Shown: positions 18,941 through 33,609 of the stretch, piece after piece
Numbering within the stretch: position 1 is the stretch's first letter
Layout of the letters: each line of letters begins with the position of its first letter
Source: the human T2T-CHM13v2.0 reference genome, Homo sapiens
DNA length: 64,000 nt
Assembly: GCF_009914755.1 (NCBI RefSeq)
Contig: NC_060947.1
Strand: one strand, 5' to 3'
The notes under the pieces: generated by a model
Told to the model about the DNA's origin: nothing
Databases searched by the model: none
The model's input: only the letters and a program-made list of their open reading frames with translations
Position numbers and translations under genes: made by a program

Positions 18941-20309
18941 GCAATTGGGCTGCTTTTTGGTAGAGCAAGTGTGCTTCATTAGGGGGAATTCTTCCTTGTC
19001 CTGACTGTTTGGATTCTCCAAAACTAGCAAACTGGAATGGCTGTGTTGACTGAACTGCAGAGATGGTGGCTGACCCTCTTCCTGGGAGCTCCATTTCAGG
19101 GAGAGATCAGAGCTCTATCTATAGAACCCTGGCTGGAGTAGCTGAAGCCTCTGCAGGGAAGTCCTGCCCAGAAAGAAATAATGAATTGGGGTCTCACTTA
19201 AAGAAGCAGTCTGGCCATGATCTGGCAAGACAGCTTTGCTGGATTGTGGGGGAACCTTCCTTTTCTAGACCATCTGTATTCTCCAAAGCCATCAGGTTGT
19301 AATGTCTGAGTCTACCAAACCACAGAAATGGCAGCCACCTCTCCCCCTGGGAACTTGGACCCATCTCAAGCAGAGTCCTGTCTGTTGCTATTGGCTGGCT
19401 GGAATTCCAAGCCAGTGGATCTTAAGTTGTGAGGTGCCATGGAAGTGGGGTCAACAGAATAATGTCATTTGGCTCCCTGGATTTGGCCCCCTTCCTAGGA
19501 ATATGTACAAACAGATTTCCCACCTTGCCAGGGATTCTGGGGCCAGAGTAAGTAAAATAACTGGGTTTCTGTGTGTGCCTGAGTGACTGCTCTGCTGAGA
19601 CTCAACGCAGCTCTGCTGAGACTACACACACACTTATTGCACCCCAAGGCCCTGGTGGCATGGGCTTATAAGTGTATCACCTTATCTGTGGGGTGCAAAG
19701 ATTTGTGGGAGAAGTGTGGTTTCCCAGGTTGAGTCGCACAATTACTTACTGCATCTTTTGGCTGGGGGTGGGGATTGCTTTGGCTTTGTGCCACTTCTGG
19801 GTGGGCCATCACCCCACCCTGCTTTTCTTCTCCGTGGGTAGAGTTGTTTGCCTTGTCAGTCCCAATGTGAGAGCCTGGATATTTCAGTTGAAGGTGCTGA
19901 ATTCACTTGCCCCTTTTTTTTCCTTTCTGTAAGTGCCATGAACTGCAGCTGCTTCTAAGTAGCCATCTTGGCCCCTCCCTTATTTAACATTTTTTTCCAA
20001 TTTTTTACCATTAAAAGTAATACTGTGGTAAATATTTTTGTGTTAAAATTTTTGGAAATCTTAAATTTCTTTCCTAAAGACAGATTCTGAAATTTGGAAT
20101 TACTTGGTAAAGAAATAAATACTTTACACCTACTTTTAATATGCTTTCTAAAAGTGTTGTACATATATAAACTAAAAATTACAATATATTATAGTACCAC
20201 TTTTCTGCATTGTCAGTAGCATTGTGTGTCTTTTTCCTAAATTAGTTGGTGAAAATAGTGTCTACATTTTTTAAATTCACATTTATTTTTAATTTTTAAT
20301 TGTAAGAAA

Positions 20310-20646
20310 TGTTCATTGAACTCATAAAAGTAGAGAGTAGAATGACGGTGGGTGGGGTGGAGAAAAGAATTGGGGAGTTGTTGGTCAAAGGGTAAAAAGT
20401 TTCAGATAGAAGAGAGGAATAAGTTTTTAGATCAATTGCACAGTTGGGTGACTATAGTCAATGATAATAAATACATTTTAAAATAACTAAAAGAGTACAT
20501 TTTAAATGTCTCCCCATAAAAATGATAGGTAAATAAAATGACTAATATGTTAATTAGCTTCATTTAATCATTCCACATTGTACACATGTATCAAAACATC
20601 ACAGGTATTCCATAAATATATACAATTATGATTTGCAAATTAAAAA
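20310..20646 (+). mobile_element. L1MA/MB 3' end fragment
   Basis: GAACTCATAAAAGTAGAGAGTAGAATG...ATCAAAACATCAC...AATTAAAAA resembles an L1M 3'UTR. Confidence 0.65.
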
Positions 20647-20738
20647 TTTTGCATTTATTTGACAACTTATTGGTTGCATACTTTCCAGTATTGGACAGTC
20701 TGTTGTTTTTTCCTTTTCAAAAAATGTGTGTTTCTGTT

Positions 20739-21225
20739 TGTGGTAGACACAAACAGATGTTTGTGATCTGGCCTTCAATGAACTCCACTTTCAGCTATTC
20801 ATGACCATGTGCAAACTCCTCTCTCTGGGTGTAGGTTTGACCTAGTGATTAACTTCTGATTAATAGAATATGCTGTAAGTAATGGGATATCACTTCTAAA
20901 AATTAAGTTGTAAAAAGACTGTAGCTTTAATCATTAGAACTCTGACATTCTCTCTCTAATCACCAACCTTGGGAAAAGCTAGAGCTTCCAGCAACCTTGT
21001 AGAAGGGTCCAAGTGGCAAGAGATCAAGCCTTGAAATAATCATATGAGTGAGCTTGGAGGAGGATCTGCCACCAATCTAGCCTTCAGATATGACAGCAGC
21101 CATAGCTGACAGTTTGACTGCTACCTCATAAGAAACCTAGAGACAAAGAAACCCAGCTGAGCTGCACCTGAATTTCTAAGCCACAGAAACTATGAGATAA
21201 TAATGTTGGTTTCTTTAAGCTGCAA
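20739..21225 (+). mobile_element. MaLR LTR remnant (MLT1-like)
   Basis: TGTGGTAGAC start; CCACAGAAACTATGAGATAATAA...TTTAAGC 3' motif typical of MLT1. Confidence 0.6.
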
Positions 21226-21959
21226 AACCTGGTTTATTTGCATCTTCCTCTTATTTTTGCCTAATCACACCATCCATTAATACAATCAACTAATTCCCTT
21301 GCTGTTAGTCCACACATACTGATGTCCTACTGATTATAAATGAATGAATGCACTATTCAGATATTGGAAATCTGTTCAGCAAATGTATTTCTCAATGGAA
21401 TCACTAACTTTGTAGTCTTATTTATAGGTTGCTCACTTCATTTGCTTGGAGTTAGTCCTAGAATTCAATCAGGTGTCCTAAAAATGAAGTTTTTTTGATA
21501 TAGAAAGATGAGGGCTAAATTCTGATCCATGAAACCATCATCAATGTTAGCCTCTGAGATGCTGCATTTTAATATCATTCAGAGATTGCAGCTCTAGAAT
21601 TGATAGAGCAAACAAAATGATATCATCAAGCAAAAAGCCTGCCTTGTGGTGATACATGTGTTAGTAAAAAAAAAAATACAAAACTTAAAAATAAAGAGAA
21701 GATACGTTCTTTAAATAAAGCATTGTTAAATAGGCCCACCAAATTATTTAATTCTCTCAGTGAATGTACATAACTTTGACTCTGCTATTTGATGTCAGTT
21801 AGAGCCTAGACTCTGTGAGGTTACATGTTAACTTGCAGACTTTAGTCTGATTATAAACATTACCCCAAAGGTTATAGTTTATTGCCCTGTAGGATATTAA
21901 ACAGTGTTGTATTTAATAACAGGCTTATTTTAACGTTATTTTTTCAGTGACTATAAATA

Positions 21960-24900
21960 CCCAGTTCTGCAAATGTCCTCTGAGGCAGCTTTATCCTGCA
22001 CAGAGGCAAACACCCTGGCACCCACTAGCACCCTGCTACAGCCAATGAGTGTGCATTATGCTGTGCTTCCAAGGCTGTACTGATGACATGTGTGAACAAG
22101 GATGGATCCTGCTGTCACTGCACTATAAAATGCTTTGGGTAATACCATACAAGAGCTCCTGAAGGAAGCACTAAATATGGAAAAGAAAGCACATTACCAG
22201 CAACTACAAAAACACACTCAAGTACATAGACAAGTGACATTATAAAGCAACCACATAAACAAGTGTGCATAATAACCAGCAAACATCATGATGACAGGAA
22301 AAAATCCACACACATCAATACTAACCTTGAATGTAAATGGTCTAAATACATCAATTAAAAGGCACAGAGTGGCAAGCTGGATAAAGAACCAAGTCCCATT
22401 GGTATGTTGTCTTTAAGAGACCTATCTCACATGCAATAGCACCCACAGGCTCAAAATGAAGGAATGGAGAAAAATCTACCAAACAAATGGAAAACAGCAA
22501 AGCAGGGGTTGCCATTCTAAAACAGACATTAAACCCACAAAGATCAAAAAAGGCAAAGAAGGGCATTACATAATGGAAAACAGTTCAATTAAAAACGACC
22601 TAACTATCCTAGATACATATGCACCAAATACAGGATCACCCAGATTCATAAAGCAAGCTTTTAGAGACTTTTAAAGAGACTTAAACTCCTACACAGTAAT
22701 AGTAAGAGACTTCAACACTTTACAGACAGTATTAGGCAGATTATCAAAGCAGAAAATTAACCAAGGTATTTAGGACCTGAATTCAGCACTGAATCAAATG
22801 GACCTGATAGACATCTACAGAACTCTCCACCCAAAAAGAACAGAATACACATTCTTCTCATTGCCACATGGCACATACTCCAAAATCAATTACATAATCA
22901 GACATAAAAAATTCCTCAGTAAATGCAAATGAACTGAAATTATAACAACTAATCTCTCAGACACAATCAAATTAGGAATCAACATTAAGAAAGACACTCA
23001 AAAAAAAAATACACTCAAAACCATACAGTTATATAGAAATTGAATAACCTGTTCCTCAATGACTTTTGAGTAAATAATGAAATTAAGGTAGAAATTAAGT
23101 TCTTTGAAACAATGAGACAAAGAAAATAGCATACCAGAATCTCTGGGACAAAGATAAAGCAGTGTTAAGAGTGAAATTTATAGCACAAAATGTCCTCATC
23201 GGAAAGTTAGAAAGATCTCAAATTACTAAGCTAACATCACAACTAAAAGAACCAGTGAACCAAGAGGAAACCAACCTCAGGGCTAGCAGAAGACAAGAAA
23301 TAACCAAACTCAGAGCTGAAGAAGATTGAGACACGATAAATTAATCAAAAAATTGATCAATCCAGGAAGGTTTGTTTGGAAAAAAATAATAAGTAGACCA
23401 CTAGCTAGACTATTAAAGAAGAAAAGAAAGAAAATCCAAATAAGCAAAATTAGAAATAAATAAGAAAATATAAACATTGACTGCACCGCAATAAAAACAA
23501 CCATCAGAGAATACTATGAACACCTCTATGCACATAAACTGAAACATAGAAAAAAATAAGTTCCTGAACACATACACCCTCCCAAGACTGAACCAAGAAG
23601 AAATAGAATCCCTGAACAGAACAATAACAAGCTCTAAAATTAAATTAGTGATAAATAGTTTACCAACCAAAAACAGCTCAGAAACACATGAATTCACAGC
23701 TGAATTTTACCAGATGCACAAAGAAGAGCTGGTATCATTTCTGCTGAAACGGTTTTGAAAAATTGAGGAGGGACTCCTCCCTAACTCATTCTATGAGGCC
23801 ACCATTATTCTGATACCAAAACATGGCAGACACACACAGACACCAAAACAAAAAAACAAACAAACAAACAAACAAACGCTTTAGGCCAATATCCTTGATG
23901 AACCTCAATGCAAAAATCCTCAATAAAGTATTCACAAACCAAATCCAGCAGCACATCAAAAAGATTATCCACCATGATATAGTAAACTTTATCCCTGGGA
24001 TGGAAGGTTAGGTCAACATATCAACATACGCAAATCAATAAATATATTTCATCACATAAACAGAACTAAATTCAAAAACCACATGATTATCTCAATAGAT
24101 GCAGAAAAGTATTTTAATGAAATTCAACACCCCTTCTTGTTAAAAAAAAAACCCTCAATAAGCTAGGTATTAAAGAAACGTACCTCAAAAATAAGAACCT
24201 TATATTACAAACCCACAGCCAAAATTATACCAAATGAGCAAAAGCTGGAAGCATTCTCCTTGAAAAGTGGCACAAGACAAGAATATCCTCTCTCAATCCT
24301 ATTGAACACAAGTTTGAAAACCCTGGCCGGGGCAATCAGGCAAGATTATAAAATAAAGGGCATCCAAATAGAAATAGAGAAAGTCAAATTATGCCTGTTT
24401 CCAAATGACATGATTCTATATGTAGAAAATCTCATAGCCTTGACCCAAAAGTTTCTTCAGCTGATAAAGAACTTCAGCAAAGTCTCAGGATACAAAATGC
24501 ATGTACACAAGTTACTACCATTTCTATACCTCAACAACAATCAGTCTGAGAACCAAATCAGGAATGCAGTCCCATTCACAATTGCCACAAAAAGAATATA
24601 ATATCTAAAAACACAGCAATCCAGGGAAGTGAAAGATCTCTACAAGAGGAACTACAAAAGACTGCTGAAAGAAATAAAGGATGACACAAACAGATGGAGA
24701 AACATTCCATGCTCATGAATAGGAATAATTAATATCATTAAAATGGCCATACTGTCCAAAGCAATTTATAGATTCAATGCTATTCCTATTAAACTACCAT
24801 TGACTTTTCTTCACAAAACTAGGGGAAAAAAGCTGTAGGCATCTCATTACCTGACTTCAAACTATTCTACAGGGCTACAGTAACCAAAAAAGCATGGTAC

Positions 24901-25885
24901 TAGTACAAAAACAGACATATACACCAATGGAACAGAATAAAAAACCTAGAAATAAGACTGTACACCTACAACTATCTGATCTTTGACAAACCTGACAAAA
25001 ACAAGCAATTGGGAAATGATTCCCTATTCAATAAATGGTGCTGGGATAACTGGCTAGCCATATGCAGAAGATGAAAACTGGAGCCCTTCCTAGTACCATA
25101 TACAAAAATTAACTCCAGATGGATTAATGACTTAAATGTAAAACCTAAAACTATAAAAAACCTGGAAAACAACTGATATAGTTTGGCTGTGTCCCAGCCC
25201 AAATCTCATCTTAAATTGTAGCTCCCATAATTCTCACGTGTTGTGGGAAGAACCCAGTGGGAGATAATTGAGTCATGGGGGCAGTTTCCCCTATACTGTT
25301 CTGGTGGTAGTGAATAGGCCTCACAAGATCTGATGGTTTTATAAGGGGAAACCCCTTTCACTTGTTTTCATTTATCTCTTGCCTGCCACCATGTAAGACT
25401 TGCTTTTCACCTTCCACCATGATTGTGAGGCCTCCTGAGCCACGTTAAACTGTGAGTCTATTAAGCCTCTTTTTATTTATAAATTACTCAGTCTGGGGTA
25501 TGTCTTTATCAGCAGCATGAGGACAGACTAATGCAACAACCTAAGCAATGCCATTCTGGAAATAGAAATGGGCAAAGATTTCATAACGAACATGACAAAA
25601 GCAATTGCAATAAAACAAAAATTGACAAATGGGATGTAATTAAACTAGAGAGATTCTGCACAGCAAAAGAAGCTATCAGCAAACAGATGACCTACAGAAT
25701 GAGTGAACATTTTTGCAATCCGTGCTTCTGGCAAATGTCTTCTATCAAGTATCTCTAAAGAACTTAAACAAATTTACAAGGAAAAAAACAATCCCATTAA
25801 AAAGTGGGCAAAGGACAGGAACAAACACCATTCAAAAGAAGACATGCATGTGGCCAGCAAACATATTTTAAAAAGCTCAACAAAA
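21960..25885 (+). mobile_element. Older L1 (end of ORF1 plus most of ORF2), 3' end missing
   Basis: ORF1 tail GAGCTCCTGAAGGAAGCACTAAATATGG at about 22153; degraded ORF2 from ATGACAGGA at 22291. Confidence 0.85.
25174..25535 (+). mobile_element. THE1 solo LTR
   Basis: TGATATAGTTTGGCTGTGTCCC...AGACTAATGCA; 5-bp TSD ACAAC at 25169-25173 and 25536-25540. Confidence 0.93.
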
Positions 25886-28800
25886 GATTTATAAAAATGG
25901 CAGACAGAAGGGCGGACTAAATTGCAGCTCCCAGTTAGATGGACAGAGCAGCATGTGGAGACTCACATTGTAAACTTTTGCTCCAAGAACTACTGTGGGA
26001 ATACCAGGAAAGCTGTGAGAATTAACAGACCCTTTGAAAGAAGCAGACTGCTTCTGCAATACTCAGAAGACAGCCCAAGTACTCTGAGTGCCCAAACTGT
26101 GAGAGTGGGAAACGGGAATTGTTTGCCCTTGAATACACACCCTCACTGGGGAACCTGAAGGTTCAGATAACAGAAGAAGGATTTGACCTTACCTGGAGCT
26201 GAGACAATCTGAAGAGCTGAGCAAAATACAAGGTTAGAGGAGGCAGCAGGAAAAGCCCTGTGGGCTCTCTGGGTACCCAGAGAAGCCATTTCTAACTTGT
26301 CTCACAGGGGTCCTTGGGGAGCACTGCCAGAGAAACTGGGAAAAAAAAACACAGAAAGAAGAAAATCTCCAGCTAGACTTTATGACAATTCCAACCAAAT
26401 TCAGTTTCCTGGCCAGAACTTAGAAGAGGGCATGAATCGGTTGTGCAGACTTGACAGATGAGGAAGCACAAAAGCCCGGCTGAATGAAACAAGTTTTCAG
26501 CCTTCCTTGCCCACTGCCTAGAAACAAACTCAGTGCTGTGGAGGGTGGGGGGAACGGTGGGAGTGACACCAGCCTTTTGGGTTGTGTGGATCCTAGGTGA
26601 CGCCTGTAACTGCCAGCTTTCCTCCACTTCCTGGACAACCTGCATGACACAACAGAGGCAGCCATAATTCTGGGAACATAGCTCCATTGACCTGGGAACC
26701 ACAACCTTACTCCCCACAGCAGTCAAATCAAGCTCTGCCCAAGGAGAATCTGAGCTCAGACAGGCCTAACCGTGGCTCCACCTGATGGTCCTTCCCTACC
26801 AATGCTGGTAGCTGAAGACAAAGGTCATAATCTCGTGGGAGTTCTAAGGCCTTGCCCACCACCTGATCCTCCCTTATACTACCACAGCTGATCCTCTCTT
26901 GAAAGCACCACCTCCTGGCAGGAGGCCAACCAGTACAAAACTAGTGCATTAAACAACTACAACTAAGGAGCCTCACAGAGTCCAGTTTACTCTCTTGCCA
27001 CCTCCACTGGAGAAGGTGCAGGTATCCACAGCTAAGAGAACTGAAGATGGTTCATATCACAGGACTCTGCAGACACCCCCCAGTACCAGCCCAGAGCATG
27101 GTAGCCCTGCTGGGTGGCTAGATCCAGAAAATAAATAAAAATTAATACAGTTCAGCTCTCAAAAAGATATATCCCTAGGAAAAAGGGGAGAGTATTACAT
27201 CAAGGGAGCACCCCAGAGGACAAAAGAATCTGAAAACCAGCCTCAAATCTCAGATCTTCCTTCAGACATAGCCTACCCAAATGACAAGGAACCAGAAGAA
27301 TAATTCTGGTAAGATAAAACAAGTTCTTTAGCAACCCCCCAAGAATCACACTAGCTCACCAGCAATGGATGCAAGAAGAAATGGAACCAAGAAGAAATCC
27401 CTGAATTGTCAGAAAAAGAATTCAGAAGGTCGATCATTAAGCTAATCGAGCAGACACCAGAGAATGGTGAAGTCCAACTTAAGAAAATCTTCAGTGAAAT
27501 GGATAGCATAAACATAAAACAACCACAACTTCAGCAAGAGAGGAAAAACTTAGAGAAATGCAAAATGTACTGGAAAGTCTTAGTAATAGAATCAAACAAT
27601 CAGAAGAAAGAACCTCAGAGCTCGTACACAAGGTTTTCAAATTAACCCAATCCAACAAAGACAAAGAAAAAGAATTTTTAAAAATGAACAAAGCCTCCAA
27701 GAAGTTTGGGATTATGTTAAATGACCAAACCTAAGAATAATTGGTGTTCCTGAGAAAGAAGAGAAATTCAAAGTTTGAAAAACATATTTGAGGGATTAAT
27801 CAAGGAAAAGTTCCCTGGCCTTGCTAGAGATCTAGACGTCTAAATACAAGAAGCTCAAAGAACACCTGGAAAATTCACGAAAAAAAGATCATTGTCTAAG
27901 CACATAGTCATGAGTTTATCTAAAGTAAAGATGAAGAAAAGAATCCCAAGAGCTGTAAGGCAAAAGAACCAGGTAATCTACAAAGGAAAACCTGTAAGAT
28001 TCACTGCAGGTTTCTCAGCATAAACCCTACAAGCTAGAAGGGATTGGGGCCCTCTATTCAGCTTTCTTAAACAAAACAATTATCAGCCAAAAATTTTGTA
28101 TTCAGTGAAACTAAGCTTCATAGATGAAAGATAGATACAGTCTTTTTCAGACAGACAAATGCTGACAGAATTCACCACTACCAAGCCAACACTACAAGAA
28201 CTAGTAAAAGGAGCTCTAAATCTTGAAACAAATCTTGGCAACATATCAAAACAGAACCTCTTTGAAACATAAATTCAACAGAACCTAAAAAACAAAAATA
28301 CAATAAATGAATAAATAAATAAATAACCAAGATATTCAGGCAACAAATAGCACAATGAAGAAAATAGTACTTCACATCTTAATGTTAACGTTGAATGTAA
28401 ATGGCCTAAGTGATCCACTTAAAAGATACGGAATTGCAGAATGGGTAAGAATTCACCAACCAACTATCTGCTGCCTTCAAGAGACTCACCTAACACATAA
28501 GGAAACAAATAAACTTAAGGTAAAGGGATGGAAAGAGATATTCCATGGAAATGGACACCAAAAGTGAACAAACTTTAAAGCAACAGTAGTTTAAAAAGAC
28601 AAAGAGGGACATTTTATAATGGTCTTGTCCAACAGGAAAATATCACAATCTACATATGTGTGAATCTAACACTGGAGCTCCCAAATTTATGAAACAATTA
28701 CTACTAGACCTAAGAAATGAGGTAGAGAGCAACACTATAACAGTGGGGAACTTCAATATTTCACTGATGGCACTAGACAGGTCCTCAAGACAGAAAGTCA

Positions 28801-29951
28801 ACAAAGAAACAATAAATTTACAGTATATCCTAGAATAAATAAACTTAAAATATATTTACAGAACATTCTACCCAACAACCACAGAATATACATTCTATAC
28901 ATCAGCACATGGAACTTTCTCCAAGATAGACCACATGATAGGCCACAAAACAAATTTCAATACATTTAAGAAAATTGAAATTAAGTCAAGTATTCTCTCA
29001 GACGACATTGAAATAAAATTGAAAATCAACTCCAGAAGGAACCCTCAAAACCATGCAAATACATGGAAATTAAATAACCTGCTCCTGAATGATCATTGGG
29101 TCAACTATGAAATCAAGATGGAAATTAAAATATTCTTTGAACTAAATGATAATAGTGACACAATCTATTGAAACATCTGGGATACAGCAAAGATGGTGCT
29201 AAAAGTTTATAGCCTTAAATGCCTATATCAAAAAAGTCTGAAAAAGCACAAATAGACAATCTAAGGTCACACCTCAAGAGAATAAAAAAACAAGAACAAA
29301 CCAAACCCAAACCTAGTAGGAGAAAAGAAATAATGAAGATCAGAGCAGAACTAAAAGAAATTGAAACAAAAAAATTCAAAAGATAAATGAAACAAAAAGC
29401 TGGTATTTTTAAAAGATAAATAAAATTGATTGACCATTAGCAAGATTAACCAAGAAAAGAGAGAAGATCTAAATAAGCTCAATTAAAAACAAAAATGAGA
29501 GATATTACAACTGACAACACAGAAATACAAAAGATCATTCAAGACTACTATGCAAACATTTACGTGCACAAAGTAGAATACCTACAGGAGATGGACAAAT
29601 TTCCGGAAATATACAACCCTCCAAGCTTAAATCAAGAAGAATCAGAAACCCTGAAGAGACCAATAATAAGCAGCGAGATTGAAATGGTAATTTTAAAAAT
29701 TACCAACAAAAAAAGTCCAGGAACAGACAGATTCACAGCTGAATTCTATCAGACATTCAAAAAAGAATTGGTACCAATCCTATTGACACTGTTCCACAAG
29801 ATAAAGAGAAACTCCTCCCTACATCACTCCATGAAGCCAGTATCACCCTAATACCAAAACCCGGAAAGGACATAACAAAAAAAAAGAAAACTACAGACCA
29901 ATATCTCTGATGAGCATAGATGCAAAATTTCTTAAGAAAATACTAGTTAAC

Positions 29952-30292
29952 TGGCCGCGTGTGGTGGCTCATGCCTGTAATTTCAGCACTTTGGGAGGCC
30001 GAGGCAGGCTAATCACGAGGTCAGGAGATCAAGACCAGAATGGCCAACATGGAGAAACCCCGTCTCTACTAAAAATATAAAAATTAGCCAGGCGTGGTGG
30101 CAGGTGGCCGTAATCCCAGCTGCTACTCAGGAGGCTGAGGCAGTAGAATCACTTGAACCCAGGAGGAGGAGGTTGCAGTGAGCCAAGATTGTGCCATTGC
30201 ACTCCAACCTGGATGACATAAGCGAAACTCTATCTCAGAAAAAAGAAAGAAAGAAAGAGAAAGAAAGAGAAAGAAAGAAAGAAAGAAAGAAA

Positions 30293-30355
<63 letters not shown>
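29952..30355 (+). mobile_element. Alu (AluSc/Sg-like) with an expanded (GAAA)n tail
   Basis: Alu body 29952-30236; GAAA repeat 30237-30355; degenerate TSD TACTAGTTAAC/TAGTAGCTAAC. Confidence 0.93.
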
Positions 30356-30359
<4 letters not shown>

Positions 30360-31667
30360 TAGCTAACCAAATCCAGCAACATGTCAAAAAGATAATCCAC
30401 CATGATCAAGTGTGTTTCATTCCAAAGATGCAGGGGGATGCTTTAACATAGGCAAATAAATAAATGTGATACACTATATAAACAGAATTAAAAACAAAAA
30501 TCATATAATCATCTCAATAGATTCAGAAAAAGCATCTGACAAAATCCAGCACATCTTTGTGATTAAAACCCTCAGCAAAATCGGCATACAAGAGGCATAC
30601 CTCAATGTAATAAAAGCCATCTATGACAAATCCACAGCCAACATAATACTGAACAGGGAAAAGTTGAAAGCATTCCATGAGAGAACTGGAACAAGACAAG
30701 GAAGCCCACTCTGACCACTTCTATTCAACATAGTACTGAAAGTCCTAGCCAGAGCAATCAGACAAGAGAAAGAAATAAAGGGGATCCAGAGTAATAAAGA
30801 GAGAGTTGAACTGTCACTGTTTGCTGATGATATGACTGTATACCGAGAAAACACTAAAGACTCCTCCAGAAAGCTCCTAGAACTGATAAATGAATTCAGT
30901 AAAGTTTCAGGATACAAGATTAAGTACACAAATCAGTAGCTCTGCTATACACCAACAGATACCAAGCTGAGGACCAAATCAAGAACTCAACCCTCTTTAC
31001 AATGGCTGCAAAATAAATAAATAAACAAACAAAATACTTAGAAGTATACCTAACCAAGGAGGTGAAAGTCCTTTACAAGGAAAACTACAAAATACTGCTG
31101 AAAGAAATCATAGATGATACTAATAAATGGAAACACATCCCAGGATCATGGATGGGTAAAATCAATATTGTGAAAATGACCATACTGCCAAAGCAAGTAC
31201 AAATTCAACGCAATTCCCATCCAAATAACACCAACATTCTTCACAGAAAGAAAAACCAATTCTAAAGTTCATATGTAACTAAAAAAGAGCCCACATAGCC
31301 AAAACAAGACTAAGCAAAAAATACAAATCCCGAGACATCACATTACCTGACTTCAAACTATACTATAATGCCACAGTCACCAAAACAGCATGGTACTAGT
31401 ATAAGAATAGGCACAGAGACCAATGGAACAGAATAGAGAATCCAGAAATAAACCCGAATACTTACCCCCAACTGATCTTCGACAAAGCAAACAAAAACAT
31501 GAAGTGGGAAAAGGGCACCCTAATCAACAAATGGTGCTGGGATAATTGGCAAGCCACATGTAGGAAAGTGGAACTGTATCCTCATCTCTCAGGTTATACA
31601 AAAATCCAATTAAGATGGATCAAGGACTTAAATCTAAGACCTGAAACTATAAAAATTCTAGAAGATG

Positions 31668-31961
<294 letters not shown>

Positions 31962-32802
31962 TGTATATATATAGAAGGTAACATTGATAAAATCCGTCTA
32001 TACTTTGGCTTAGGCAAAGAATTCATGACCAAGAATCCAAAAGCAAATGCGACAAAAGCAAAGATAAATAGGTTGGACTAAATACAAAGATAATAGGTGG
32101 GACTATTAAAACAAAAGCCAAGATAATAGGTGGGACTATTAAACTAAAGAGCCTCTGCACAGCAAAAGGAAGAGCGAACAGAGTAGACAGACAACCCAGA
32201 GAGTGGGAGGCAGTCTTCACAATCTATGCATCTGACAATGGACTAATACCCAGAATCTACAATGAAATCAAACAAATCAGTAAGAAGAAATAACAAAAAA
32301 TCCCATCAAAAAGTGGGCTGAGGACACGAATAGACAATTCTCAAAAGAAGATATACAAATGGCCAACAAACATATAAAAAACTGCTCAACATCACTAATG
32401 ATCAGGGAAATGCAAGTCAAAACCACAATGTGATACCACCTTACTCCTGCAGGAATGGCCATAATCAAAAAATCAAAAAAATAATAGATGTTGGTGTGGA
32501 TGCCATTGAAAAGGAACACTTCTACAATGCTGGAGGGAATGTAAACTAGTATAAACACTATGAAAAACAGTGTGAAGATTCCTGAAAGAACTAATAGAAG
32601 AACTACAATTCGATCCAGCAATCCTCCCACTACTGCATATCTACCCAGAGGAAAAGTCATTATACGAAAAAGATACTTGCATATGCAAGTGTATAGCAGC
32701 ACAATTCACAATTGCAAAACTATGGAACCAGCCCAAATGCCCATCACACGAGAGGATAACAAAATTGTTATACATATATATATATATGTGTGTGTGTGTG
32801 TG

Positions 32803-33090
32803 TAACAATATTGTTATATTGTTATATATACATATAACAATATTGTTATATTGTTATATATACATATAACAATATTGTTATATTGTTATATATACATATA
32901 ACAATATTGTTATATTGTTATATATACATATAACAATATTGTTATATTGTTATATATACATATAACAATATTGTTATATTGTTATATATACATATAACAA
33001 TATTGTTATATTGTTATATATACATATAACAATATTGTTATATTGTTATATATACATATAACAATATTGTTATATTGTTATATATACATA
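32803..33090. repeat. Minisatellite, 9 perfect copies of the 32-bp unit TAACAATATTGTTATATTGTTATATATACATA
   Basis: Period 32 read directly (starts 32803, 32835 ... 33059); lies within a TA/CA-rich tract spanning about 32760-33610. Confidence 0.93.
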
Positions 33091-33572
33091 TAACAATATA
33101 TGTATATATACATATATAACATATATACACATATATACACATATACACATATATACACATATATATAACATATATACATATATACACATATACACATATA
33201 TGTATATACACATATACACATATATGTATATATACACATATATGTACATATATGTGTGTACATATATGTGTATATATACATATACACATATATGGGTATA
33301 TAGACACATATGCATATATATATTTATACATATATACATATATATGTATAAATATATACATATATATGTATAAACATATACACATATATGTATAAATATA
33401 TACACTATAACAATATTGTTATATATATGTATAACAAAATTGTTATATATATGTATAACAATATATGTATAACAATATATGTTATATATATAACAATATA
33501 TGTATTGTTATATATATATAACAATATATGTATTGTTATATATATATAACAATATTGTTATATATATATGTA

Positions 33573-33609
<37 letters not shown>

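Noticed and set aside
18150-19330. Repeated motifs (CACTTAAAGAAGCAGTCT, GATGGCAGCC)
   Set aside because: Most likely the intrinsic repeated structure of older L1PA 5'UTRs
30191-30451. Lys/Glu/Arg-rich ORF
   Set aside because: Translation of the (GAAA)n Alu tail
32803-33090. Regular 32-bp repeats as a CRISPR-like array
   Set aside because: No unique spacers and a human genomic context; it is a minisatellite
33038-33405. Tyr/Ile/Cys/Met-rich ORFs
   Set aside because: Translations of TA/CA simple repeats
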